Assembly (NCBI GenBank): GCA_965285935.1
Contig: CBDIWN010000008.1
Span: 248,001-312,000 of the forward strand
Source of the DNA: Ophelia neglecta
Lineage: Eukaryota
DNA length: 64,000 bases
Direction of reading: 5' to 3'
Below are positions 37,600 through 49,814 of this stretch, one piece after another. The translations under genes were made by a program, and so were the position numbers. How positions within the stretch are numbered: position 1 is the first letter of the stretch; the number at the start of each line of letters is the position of its first letter. The notes beneath the pieces were generated by a model that ran no database searches, had not been told where the DNA came from, and was given only the letters and a program-made list of their open reading frames with translations.

Positions 37600-38600
37600 C
37601 TTCTATGGCCGATTTGTTTCATAGCCTCTTTTATAGCGTAATACTATTCGATTTCACACAGCCAAGTTGGTTTGATACAAGGTTGATATTCCAGTGAGAT
37701 TATAAGGGCATTGGATGATATTTTAGAATACTTGAACGCCAACCAATTACTCGGCTTCCTAGCCATTGATTAGAAAAAAGCCTTTGACAGTATCTGTCGA
37801 AAATTTATGGTTAAGTGTCTCGAACTTTCCAAATTTGGTCCCATATTTATAACATGAGTTAAGACCTTCCTTAGTGGTTATAACGTCACAATTATTAATA
37901 ATGGGTATATGACAAAACGCTAAATTTAGAAAGAGATATTAGACAAGGGTACCCCTTTTTACCCCTTTTATGTGCACTCGCTCTTGGCATATTCTCCTTG
38001 AAAATTAAGCAAACCCCTGGTATTCACGGAATTGAATTGACATATATTGATGGTGGAAATTAAAATATTACAATATACTGATGACGGCGGCTGGATGATC
38101 TCGGATGAAGAAGCCTTATGGCGCTTCCTAAGATTGATTAATTCATTTGAAGTAATATCTGGGCTAAAACCGAAGCAATGAGGCTCCATGACGCTGGAAA
38201 TACAGACGCGAAAAGATATGTAAATGAAATGGAAACTGTATCCGTCTAATTATGTACGGACTCTGGGTATTACATTTAACAGTAACAAGGGTGCCAATAC
38301 AGTTACGTTTAACTAAGAGGGAAAAACAGCACACTGCGAAAATATGATGAAATAGTGGTTGAAGAGAAAACTTACTTTAGCTGGAAAAATCATTCTTGTT
38401 AACTTCTTATCTTCACAATTTATTCGTATAATGCACAGTATATATTTATCGGAGGATGTATTAAAAATAGTTAACCGTATATCTTTTAAAGTTATTTGGT
38501 GTAAGAGTCCTAGTAATTTAAACTCTAGAACCGAACTTGTTAAATATTAATGATACAAGGTTTCCCAGACTGGGACCTTGGTATGTGTCTTTCATATTAT
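37600..38600 (+). mobile_element. Highly degenerate L1/Tx1-type RT relic
   Basis: Interrupted translation gives QVGLIQG, ID*KKAFDSI, KFGPIFI, IINNGY, IRQGYP, ILQYTDD, SGLK, LGITF and RKLTLAGKIILVN. Confidence 0.65.
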
Positions 38601-38753
38601 AGTTCCATCTAAGGACTTTAGATAATAAACCCATATTTTTTTGGAAAAATATCTTTGGCCCAAGTATGATATCCTACGAATATTTTCATCACGCCCCATT
38701 TAGGTGGCACGGGCGTATTTTACATTTAAGAACAAATACTAGACACAGTAGAA

Positions 38754-39172
38754 CCATACCATAGGCCTAGACCGGCTGTAGACTAGGTAGTCGCAGTCGG
38801 CTGTAGGCAAGGGGGCACTCACCCACCACCGACGCTAGGCAGACTAGGTAGTCTACGTCGGCGGTGGGCAAGGGCCATACCATACCCCTGGACCGGCTGT
38901 AGACTAGGTAGTCGCTGTCGGCTGTAGGCAAGGGGGCACTTACCCACCACCGACGAGAGGCAGACTAGGTAGTCTACGTCGGCGGTGGGCAAGGGCCATA
39001 CCATACCCCTGGACCGGCTGTAGACTAGGTAGTCGCTGTCGGCTGTAGGCAAAGGGGCACTCACACACCACCGACGCTAGGCAGACTAGGTGGTCTACGT
39101 CGGCGGTGGGCAAGGGCCATACCATACCCCTGGACCGGCTGTTGACTAGGTAGTCTCTGTCGGCTGTCGGCT
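38754..39172. repeat. 121-bp tandem repeat (~3.5 units) with internal hairpins
   Basis: Units start at 38754, 38875, 38996 and 39117. Each unit has two related ~60-bp halves centred on the palindrome GACTA-GG-TAGTC. Confidence 0.92.
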
Positions 39173-39174
39173 AT

Positions 39175-40560
39175 GGGTCAGGAACATAAGTCTCTAATAA
39201 AGGGTAAGGTCAGGAACATAATCTCTTATAAAGGGTAAGGTCAGGAACATAAGTCTCTTGTAAAGGGTAAGGTCAGGAACATAAGTCTCTTATAATGGGG
39301 AAAGGGTAAGGTCAGGAACACAGGTCTGTTATAAACGGTAAGGTCAGGAACTTAAGTCTCTTATAAAGGTAAAGGTCAGGAACTTAAGTCTCTTATAAAA
39401 GGTAAAGTCAGCAACATAAGTCTCTTATAAAGGGTAAGGTCAGGAACATAAGTCTCTTATAAAGGGTAAGGAAAGGAACCTAAGTCTCTTATAAGGGTAA
39501 GGTCAGGAACATAAGTCTCTTATAAAGGGTAAGGTCAGGAACATAAGTCTCTTGTAAAGGGTAAGGTCAGGAACATAAGTCTCTTATAATGGGGAAAGGG
39601 TAAGGTCAGGAACATAAGTCTCTTATAATGGGGAATGGGTAAGGTCAGGAACCTAAGTCTCTTATAAAGGGTAAGGTGAGGAACATAAGTCTCTTATAAA
39701 GGGTAAGGTGAGGAACATAAGTCTGTTATAAAGGGTAATGTCAGGAACATATGTCTCTTATAAAGGGTAAGGTCAGGAACATAAGTCTCTTATAAATGGT
39801 AAGATCAGGAACACAAGTCTCTTATAAAGGGTAAGGTCAGGAACATAAGTCTCTTGTAAAGGGTTAGGTCAGGAACATAAGTCTCGTATAAAGGGTAAGG
39901 TCAGGAACATAAGTCTCTTATAAAGGGTAAGGTCAGGAACATAAGTCTCTTATAAATGGTAAGTTCAGGAACATAAGTCTCTTATAAATGGTAAGGTCAG
40001 GAACATAAGTCTCTTATAATGGGTAAGGTCAGGATCCTAAGTCTATTATAAATGGTAAGGTCAGGAACATAAGTCTCGTATAATGGGGAAAGGGTAAGGT
40101 CAGGAACATAAGTCTCTTATAAAAGGTTAGGTCGGGAAAATAAGTCTCTTATAAAGGGTAAGGTCAGGAACATAAGTCTCTTATAAAGGGTTAGGTCAGG
40201 AACATAAGTCTCTTATAATGGGGAAAGGGTAAGGTCAGGAACATAAGTCTATTATAAAGGGTAAGGTCAGGAACTTAAGTCTCTGATAAAGGGTAAGGTC
40301 GGGAACATAAGTCTCTTATAATGGGGAAAGGGTAAGGTCAGGAACATAAGTCTGTTATAAAGGGTAAGGTAAGGAACATAAATCTCTTATAAAGGGTAAG
40401 GTCAGGAACCTAAGTCTCTTATAATGGGGAAAGGGTAAGGTCAGGAACATAAGTCTGTTATAAACGGTAAGGTCAGGAACTTAAGTCTTTTATAAGGGTA
40501 AGGTCGGGAACATAAGTCTCTTATAAAGGGTAAGGTCAGGAACATAAGTCTCTTATAAAT
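39175..40560. repeat. 32-bp minisatellite (GGTCAGGAACATAAGTCTCTTATAAAGGGTAA)n, roughly 42 units
   Basis: Head-to-tail units with no spacers. A recurrent 39-bp variant carries a 7-bp insert (ATGGGGA). Confidence 0.95.
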
Positions 40561-40584
40561 GCAGTCAAGCCTCCAATAACCAGA

Positions 40585-41860
40585 GTGGTGGAACAGTTGT
40601 TGGACTTTTCCATTATCTCAAGGTATTTAGATTTGTAGATGATGTTTGGGGTTTGTGGATTCATTCAGAGGAAGAGCTACTTGAATTTTATGAAAGGGCA
40701 AACAATATTCATCCAAACATTAAGGTAGAATTGAGGTATGGAAAAAGTGTAGAATTTTTGGATACCCTGACGTCTATAGAAAACGGGAGTATTGAAACTA
40801 AAGTATATTCTAAACCTACGGACAGACACATGTATATTGGGTATGATTCTGATCACCCCAAACACACAAAGAAAGGCATCGCAAAAGGACAAGCCATAAG
40901 GGCAAAGCGCATATGCAGTGACAAAACGGGTTATGAAGGTGAAAAGGTTAAGATAGCAGATTATCTAGAGAAGAGGGGTTATGATAGGAAAAATATTGAG
41001 TTGTCTATGAATCCGGTTGATAAAATGTCAAGGGAAGACTTACTCGTGTATAATGGTAAGAAGAATCAGAGTAGCGGCAGGGTGCCCATGGTTTTAACCT
41101 ACTCATCATGGTTACCAAACATACACGGAATTTTGCATAACAGGCACAACCTTCTTGAAAATTCTGAGAAATGTAGGACTGTTTTTCCCAAAAAACCGGT
41201 CGTAGCTTACAAGCGTGCGAGTAATGTGGGTGACGTTATAATACACAAGAAATATAAAAAAATGTTTTATGAAAAGTCGAGTGGCTCGTATGAGTGTAAC
41301 AACAAGCGCTGTTGTATATGTAAAAGAATGATGAATTGTAAGATATTTAATCAATGCGGTAAAGAGTTTTATGTCAAAGGCGTAGTAAATTGTAAAACTG
41401 TAAATTGTATATATGGCATAAGGTGTAATCGGTGTGATAAGGTTGTCTATGTTGGAGAATCGGGGACTTCATTATATACCCGTATGCAGAATCACATTAG
41501 TCAAATTAAACATGGTCGGGAATTTACTTATGTACCGACACATTTTAATGGCCCTGGTCATAATATAGAAGATTTGAAAATTATAGGGCTAGAGGAACTT
41601 GTTAATAAAATGAGCGGGAAAGAAAGATGATTGAGGAGAGATGGATAAACAGGTTGAAGACAAATAAAGCGGGAGGGCTCAACAGGTAGGGGATATGACG
41701 TAATATGTGTGTGACGTAATGTTTATCCACCAAGACGATGTGTATTTTCGGTTCACTTTGTAATTTGTACTCATTCACTGAGGAAGGGCTGTATAGCGGC
41801 TCGAAATATATGAATGCTAAGATCTTCAAGTACATTTTGTTGAGTCCTTTTGTTATTGTT
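40585..41860 (+). mobile_element. 5'-truncated Penelope-like retroelement (probably Neptune-type): RT C-terminus plus GIY-YIG endonuclease
   Basis: RT motifs FRFVDDVWGLW, VEFLD, VYSKPTD..Y...SDHP and GQAIR; Cys linker CNNKRCCIC; GIY-YIG motifs CIYGIRC..VYVGESG..TRMQNH..HF. After a 1-bp frameshift at ~41610 it reads EERWINRLKT..GGLN (stop at 41689). Confidence 0.9.
41772..41816 (+). ncRNA. Minimal type I hammerhead ribozyme in the Penelope 3' region
   Basis: CATTCA-CTGAGGA-A-GGGCTG(TATAG)CGGCTC-GAAA-TATA-TGAATG. It contains core CUGANGA and GAAA, 6-bp stem I, stem II with G-U pairs, and a palindromic AUAU in place of stem III. Predicted cleavage is after 41810. Confidence 0.75.
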
Positions 41861-41862
41861 TA

Positions 41863-41950
41863 GTATATATATATATATATATTTTTTTTTTATTATACAC
41901 AATATATATATTTTTATACACAATATATATACACAATATATATACTATAG
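41863..41950. repeat. TA-rich microsatellite / low-complexity tract
   Basis: (TA)n with tatacacaatata repeats. Confidence 0.8.
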
Positions 41951-44900
41951 ACTATAGTGGGTTTTTTTGCCAACAGCCGACCGTGACTGCTGGCACTGCT
42001 CCTCCCGCTCTACGCCATCTTCCTACCTAATTCTACTGTTTTCAAGAATTAATTGCTGACAGCCGACAATGTCTGCTGAGAAGGTCCCTTCCACCTGGTA
42101 TAAGGCGTCTGCAATATTACACCAGAACCCTCAAATACCAGATGGTATCTCGGTGATGCTGACAGCCGACTACGTCTGCCTGGCCTTTTCCATCCCTTTG
42201 TCTGCCTCTATCGCCAATTGCCGACATTGGTTTATACCATCTGTTAACAGCAAGACTTTAGTAGACATGCCGACTTTAAGCGGTCGCCAAAATATTCGTA
42301 GGATATCATATTTGGGCCAAATCTTTTACATTGGCTCCACGTTAGAGGCGGACATGGCCAATGCCAAGTTTTTGATCTGCTTTTTAACAACAACCATCTA
42401 AAATACCTACAAAATGTAGTAGATCTTAAACGTGGAAACCAATTTTAATGTGCGACAGTTTATGGAACTTTCTTTTATCTATTTATTGAACAACTAACCT
42501 TTTACCTTCCTTTACTAACACATTTTAGTCAGAAAAACATCTGACCCATCCACCTAGAAGATTTTTTTTTACAAAATAGAGCTCAATAACCGCTTACTTC
42601 TTACTATTATTCCCATGTAACTAAAAATAGACAGTACAATAAATGATAAACTATACCCAACTTAAGACACTAAATGACCCACATGGTATCTATGTGTCGT
42701 TAAGCCCCAAAAATCCAAATCCAAATCTAAAATACCTACAAATATATACATACACAGAGCATCGTCAATATCGACCAACCTCACTCCCTACCCTGTCCCG
42801 ATGAAATGACTTCAGATTAATTTAATTGTTATTCTTAGATGTGAGTGGATACCTGTCGGAACTCACAAAAAACTGAATTAAGAAAGTGCGACTACATTGG
42901 TACAAATTGGTCAGAAATAATCCACTGCAGGATATAAGCATCTATATCTAGTTATATAACTGTAAGAATTAATAATACGAAAACTTGTTGCTTTACTCTG
43001 TTTAAACATACATCTATTAAGAGACATAAGTCAAGCAAACCATTGTTACACGTTATTATATACAATGCAATGTGTCTCACACTTTGGCCTTGACGTTGTA
43101 GGGGGACGTAGAATGAAGAAAGAAAATTGTGATGTTTTTGTGATAGAAAACTGAAAGGAAGACAATGTGAGTTTTATAGTGGCAGGGATGCTTATGGCAA
43201 GGAGAGATGGAGTGTGTCCATGTTGTGGTTTGGGGGGATACGGCGACTGTGGCGGCCAGACAGGATGAAGGGGACAGGAAGGGAAGGGAAGGAAAAACAT
43301 TTGAGGCTAGAATGACGGCCTTTTCTTTCAAAGGGACATCATAGCTATAACACAAAGAAATAAAGACTGACCAAATATTAGGAAAAACCAGGAGAATTAG
43401 GAGCACATTGTGCATATACTCCAACTGCTATAATCTCTCGACTTGCGTCACGGATGATAGCAGTTGGTATATACACCCTAGGATTTCATAATTCCCGCTG
43501 GTTCCCTCATTAAAGGACACACTTGGGTTCCTTTTAGCAATGTACAATATACTATATGGTCTGACATAAACACCACATAAAACCCAATTTAGTGGAGTGA
43601 TTCACGCTCTACTTGGATTTCCTTAAAATATTTCTCATGTACCTCATACAGGCATCTAGATACCTATCCCATTGGAAGCCATTTTGACCGCTAAACGAGT
43701 CGTGGGATTTTCAGTGTATTCTATTAAATATTCAAGGTAGGTAATTGTACCAACTTGTTCTGTTGATGAACTATCTTCCATAGTTCGTGGTTTACCAACG
43801 TGCGTAGGCTACAATGTTCATTAATTTTATATGCGTTTGGAAACTTGGAGACACCCTATATATACCAGACGGGTAAAACACAGCCACTGCCATATCATCG
43901 GCTGGCGACTGGGGGAGAGTAGACATGGGACCGGAGCTTTCTGATTGTTGCTGGGGTGTGATGTGTTGCTTTTTCATCGATGCGTATAGTACCTTTACCT
44001 CCAGGTCAAATGATGAATCTATAGAATTTATTTTTATTTTTATATAAAATGATGCAGATTGCAAACTCCAAATAATAGCCCGCGGAAAGTGACGGACAAC
44101 GCCAAACAAAACGAGACATGAACATGCCTCCTTCTTAACACGATATATTAATCAACACTTTTTCCCGCTTTAGCTTTGGTAGGGAGTTTACATGGGATAT
44201 GGACACCTATTACTATTCTATTCTTCTTTCAAAGAAAATCCCGAGGCCGTCGGGAGGTTGACCTCTTTCAGTATAATTGGGCTTCCCCCCCCCCCCCCCC
44301 GGCAACATCCATATTTTCTAGAAGGGCTACTTATTCCACAAGCATCACATTTTTCCGACCCAGCACACGTTCGAAAATCCCTATTCCCTCAGTAAATGTT
44401 TGCTTGTATAATTTACTGGATTGTAAACCGTTCCCTGGAGCCGACCTTTGGGAAAGACCTGTGTGATCCTTAAATCATTTACCAAAAGCCGAAGTTTTGT
44501 TCTCAATACGGGCCTGATATTTTATTGGGCAATGCGATTTAAATCTGGGCTCATATACAGTGTATACCCGGACTCTGATATGATATACTTATATTTGAAT
44601 TTGTGGCTATGGTTTAAATATAAATTTTGCAGTTCGTTATTCAGGTTTTGTCCTGACATACCAGCAGCGCGATGTCTTCTAAACGCTGGGACTGCTGGGA
44701 CTACTGGTACTACTGGTACTGCTGGTATAACTGACAGAAATTCGCGTTTCCTTATTTTACACCAATTTATATAATATTAAAAGTGATTGTTTAATCTTTA
44801 CCTATATAGACTGTTATCAACCCAATTAATTACCCCCCTCCCCAACCCAACACATGCCACAGGCTATGATAGTATGCAATAGAACCTATGGCAATGCTCC

Positions 44901-45071
44901 CCTCTAATGCAAAAGTGCAAACTATTCCAAAAAATCTTCAATTCAATACAAACAGCTATAACCATGCTAACCATTTAAATGATATCGTTTTATTGTTGAT
45001 TCTCCAATGTCTGATTTCGGATGTTGGTCCACGTATCAAAAAAAAGCATTTATTTTCAGTTTCTTTCAGAA

Positions 45072-46423
45072 ATGGATGGCAAAACGTCTCATGGTCTGCA
45101 AACAGCCGGTGGAAATAAGGAGTCCCCTATTCATTTAGACGAAGATAAGCCACTGCACGTTGCTTGTCATTGGAAAAGTGATGACGTAGTTAGGCACCTT
45201 CTACACAAAAGGGAAGATATAAACAAAAAGGATGCGGAAGGCAACAGGCCGCTTCATACTGCTTTAGACACAGACTACTGTTCCAATTATAGGGATGTTG
45301 TGGAAGTTTGTTGGAAGCCGGGGCCGATTTTCACGCCGCTGGTAAGCAAGGACTTACACCACTACATCTCGCATGCTATCATGGAGACGAGGACGTGGTA
45401 AGGTTACTTTTGGATAGAGGCGCTGGTGTCAACGTCCTTGCTAAGTGTAACTATAGCCCATTGGTTTGTCTATTGAATAACAATTGTTACAGGCCCATAT
45501 TTCCCTGTAGAAACAGTACAAATTTTAGGGAACAGCTTTGTAGCGTCCTTTTAGTTTTACTGGATTCTGGAGCTAATGTAAGAGCGGTGTATGATAAAGA
45601 CAACACTCCGCTACACTTTGCCTGCCAATGGGCAGATGGGGATGTTGTTAAGATACTGATATCACACGGGGCGGATGTGAATGCTAAGAACACCAAAGGG
45701 AACACGCCCCTGCATTCCCTTGTATTAGTGGATCACAGTAATCACAGCGATATGGCTGATACAGCAAATCAATTAATAACAGCTGGCGCGGATATTAATG
45801 CGAAAAATATTGAATGTAGAACTCCTTTAGAGGAAATGTGTGGCGAAAAAGGTTATTATTACATCGATTTGGTGGAGTTATTTGTAGCAAACGGAGCTAA
45901 CGATACCATGTTACTTGCTGCATTTTTCAAGGTACGTTATATGGGAGGAGCGGAGCATGTTGATCGTCTGTGTGAACACGGAATTCAGTTTCATACAGAC
46001 AAAATACAAATTTGTCCAAATACTTTGAGATCTATACCTATCTCAACTGTACTGTGCCGGGCCGGTATGGACAGTACTGACATGTTATATAGGAGTGTTT
46101 TTTGTGTCCTTTTAGAGGGGAGATCAGCTAACCGCAGTGTGGTTGTCCAACTGCTGTCCTGCTACTTCAGATTTGCAAATGCTTTACAGCCATACCAAAC
46201 TACGCTGTTTACTGACATGATAACTGCAGTAAGACAATTTGTCCACGCTGATCATGTGAACAATTTGATTACGGAAGATTTGTCTATTGGCCATGTATGG
46301 ACCTTTTCCTTGAAGATACTCACTGTACGCGCCATCAGAAGGAGGCTCTATGAGGTCGGTGGCCCAGTGTCTATTCTGCCCAGAATTAAGGCACTCCAAG
46401 AGGCGCTGCCACCTGCTCTATAG
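45072..46423 (+). pseudogene. Single-coding-exon ankyrin-repeat + SOCS-box (ASB-like) gene, frameshifted
   Basis: Ankyrin repeats KPLHVAC, RPLHTAL, TPLHLAC, TPLHFAC, TPLHSLV with GADVN/GADIN, and a C-terminal SLKILTVRAIRRRL...IKAL..LPPAL. One T is missing at ~45306-45309 (GTT TG TTG), joining ORFs 45021 and 45308. A TAG follows LPPAL directly. The ATG at 45072 lies just after a pyrimidine-rich AG acceptor. Confidence 0.75.
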
Positions 46424-47789
46424 GCTGATTTAAGACTGACAGCAGAAACTGAAGCCCTGTTAGCAATCAGCAAGCGGCTACTAGCTCCACGTGGGTATTA
46501 TCCTGTATGTAACTTGAGATGTTTAGTATATAAGTGGCTGAATGGCTTTGTATAAAATGTTTATAATCCACGCCATTAATATCTAAAGGTAAAGTGACAA
46601 TATTCAAGCAAAGCAAATATGACCTTAAGCTGCTTATTTTCCTGTAGTGTTCAAAGTATAAAATGTGTACAGACTTCAATTATTATGTTTTGGCCAATAA
46701 AATGAATTTATATATAATTCGCGTAAGCATTAAAAAAATCTTTTTGTACAACTATGGTGGTCAGTATGAATTCAGCATATCATAAGCATGCAATGTTATC
46801 AGAGATATTGGCAATGGCAAATATTGTGTGCTATAACCGCGCCTTAAACAACATCACATCGTGCTATATACCTTCTAGTTCCTGTTTGAACCAGCTTCAA
46901 AGAGATAACCTTTAAATTATGAGCAGCGCTATTTTTGTACACAAAGTTAGTTCATGAGCCTGCTCCCCAAATTATGCCCCCGGTACCATCTCAGAGCAAT
47001 AATGATTATGTTGATTTTCCGGAAGCTATACCCCCTTGAGTTGGAAGGTATGTGATAGCATTCCATCGGTGGTAGCTAATTGTGTATATCACCATTTTAA
47101 TGACAGTACTTTATAAGTCAGAGGTAGAATTGGCATTTCGACATTTTTGTCGTTAAATTTAAATGTTCTTTGGAAGGTATATTTTGTGGCTGTAATTAGT
47201 TAAAATGTTTATCTTATATGAGCCATAAGACAACAATTCCAAACCAATGCCACCTGTTATTATTCTTAATGCAATATGTGTTTTTCGTTTTGAACATATT
47301 ATATCCAAGTCTGGTTAAATGCGAGAAATATGAGAAATACCTATGTTGCTCCTGCATGTTTTGATGTTGAGTTTTCTTTCTTCTCATTATGAAAAGATTG
47401 AAATATCTCTTTGCTTCGTGTTGTGACAGAATTTGATGGCACTAAGTATTACACCTGATGTAACATGAACCATTTGGTTTACATGACAGCTGTATTTTGT
47501 GGCGACAATCATGCACGACTGATTTCACCTTTAAAAAGTTCCCATCAACTATGTCACTGCGCACAGGAATGTTCAAGCTCGGTATATATGGTAGTTAAAC
47601 ACATTACTAATATCTAACCATAAAAACGCCATTGCCTTAATAGTGGCACATATATATTGTGCCAACTTTGTGGAAATTATAGGAAGAATATATCTGTTCA
47701 GCAAATGAGAAACTATCTTCTGTTTTTGGAAGGACTCTGGATATAGGGACGGTTAAATACAATACTAATAATGAAACATTAGGCATATT

Positions 47790-47908
47790 CAACACACACA
47801 CACCACACTCACACACACCGGACACACAAACAACACACACACAGACACATATACCCACACACACCCACACTCACCCTCACACACACACCCTCACACACCC
47901 ACACACAA
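47790..47908. repeat. Imperfect (CA)n microsatellite
   Basis: CA/CAC-rich tract. Confidence 0.9.
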
Positions 47909-48242
47909 ATATGTGTACCACTGAGCCAGCATTGAACTGAAGTGGCATGGCCTTGTTAGTGCCACATAAACTCATCTGTGCCACATTTGGGGTAAAATCT
48001 GCCCCAATATAGGTACCTATATATTGGGCCAACTTTTCCAAAAATTCTAGTAAAATTTATTTGTGGCACCCAAAATATCGTATATTCTTTTTTTTTCCAC
48101 ATTTTCTTACTGGCACTCTGAGATTAAGTGTCATGGTAATAACATTTATTTGTAATATGATTTTAAAATCATTTTGAATTCAGTTTAGGAAGCTCTGGGA
48201 ATTAAATGCCACTATTGAGGTTTTTTCGGCCATTGTGCCACT

Positions 48243-48396
48243 NNNNNNNNNNNNNNNNNNNNNNNNNNNNNNNNNNNNNNNNNNNNNNNNNNNNNNNNNN
48301 NNNNNNNNNNNNNNNNNNNNNNNNNNNNNNNNNNNNNNNNNNNNNNNNNNNNNNNNNNNNNNNNNNNNNNNNNNNNNNNNNNNNNNNNNNNNNNNN
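48243..48396. other. Assembly gap (154 N)
   Basis: Run of N. Confidence 1.
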
Positions 48397-49814
48397 GAAG
48401 ATAGCACACCCAGTGCAAATTTCCTGACAATAAGCGACCATATTTAAACTTGGTTTTGATCGGTTTCTTGGCCAAATGTATTCAAAATCGCTTATTTGGA
48501 TTTTTGTATAAGCAAAAAGTACATGAATACTGCCCATATACTGTTATGTGAATGACTTATTGTCTGGATGTTATGTTTGTATTTTTCACCGCCGATAAAG
48601 TATAATTAATTATCACCAATAATTGGGCCAATCTAAGTTTTAAAGTCGAAAAAGCGTACACGACGTCCGGTTCTGTCTAAACCAATAGGAACAAAACTAA
48701 TTGAGAATTAATCCTTATACACGATAATACCCTAAATCGGGGTGATCCCCTCCTCGCAGAGCTGACCCCCGAAGTCTGTAAAATGTTTAGTATAAAGAAA
48801 ACGATGTTTTGGGACTGCATACATGCACATGAGTAACATTACTGGCAATATATATATATATATATATTAACATTCGAACATCTACCCCTGCTTTTAGACT
48901 TCAGTATGTAGTCGTGCAAGAAAATTGTTCTTCTGGAGGAAGTAAGTGGCTAAATTGAACTGGCGAGTGCCCAGACAAATATATCACCCGAACGTACACA
49001 ACCATGGTGACAGTTGCAATAGAATCTCGTTTTGATACACCTTTAGTGTGTAGTCTACCCAGGATACAAACCAGGCAGGAAGTTTAAGGTGGTGTTGACA
49101 AAATAACCAATATATTAAAACTCGAGGCCGGAAAATCGATCCCGAAAGTGGAATACAGAAAGTGGATATATCCCAGGGGCTTTTAAGAAGGCCATTGAAG
49201 TATCTGTATGGAAGGACCTTCAGCAGCCTTCTCTTGTCTTTATCGGAGTCCAGTTATCTGGAGCCACGCTGTATGCGATAGAATGAATAGCCAAACACGT
49301 TTGCAAGTCGTTTTTACTTAACGACAGGTCCAGACATACAGTGTGGGTAGCGCCGGGAGCAGGGACCGATTTTTGGCGATATCAGTTTTAATATTTTAGG
49401 AGAGCGTAGACCATCATAAATTCAGTAATTTTAAATAGTCACCAATGTTTAGATTTTCTATTTGTACTCAATACAGATTTGTTATTATAGAACATATAAC
49501 ACAACCTAATTGCAACCTGCATTCCCGATTTCTCAAATAATTATTCACAAGGTAAACTAATTAAATGGATGCAATGTTATGGTCCATGACAGTTTTCTGT
49601 TGAAATTGCTATGAGCAGTTGCCTGTTTCATGCTTAATTTATTGTTTTCCCCAATTGTGCTAGACCATTTTAGGGATGCCAAAATACTATATGTTCACAT
49701 CAAGATTAAGTCCAGGGGGTGAGAGGTGAGGGTGGGGTGCAGGTCATATTTGCTTATGATGGTCCTCAATGTTGTAGAACAGAGACCAACAGGGTTTCTG
49801 GTCGGTTGAAACGG

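Larger units (their letters stand above)
38655..42320. mobile_element. Composite non-autonomous TIR element containing tandem arrays and a nested Penelope-like element
   Basis: ~32-bp inverted termini (ttggcccaagtatgatatcctacgaatatttt / aaaatattcgtaggatatcatatttgggccaa) flanked by a 4-bp direct repeat ATCT (38651-38654 / 42321-42324). GTCGGC motifs in the left arm are mirrored by GCCGAC motifs in the right arm. Confidence 0.7.

Noticed and set aside
39175-40560. CRISPR-like array (32-bp repeats)
   Set aside because: Units are head-to-tail with no unique spacers, no cas genes are present and the context is eukaryotic. It is a minisatellite and not a simple telomeric repeat either.
47641-48242. 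Possible MITE with AGTGGCACA/TGTGCCACT ends and internal GTGCCA motifs
   Set aside because: Only a 9-bp inverted match, and the right end runs into the gap, so no TSD can be checked.
48180-48537. ORFs spanning the N run
   Set aside because: Artefacts of the assembly gap.
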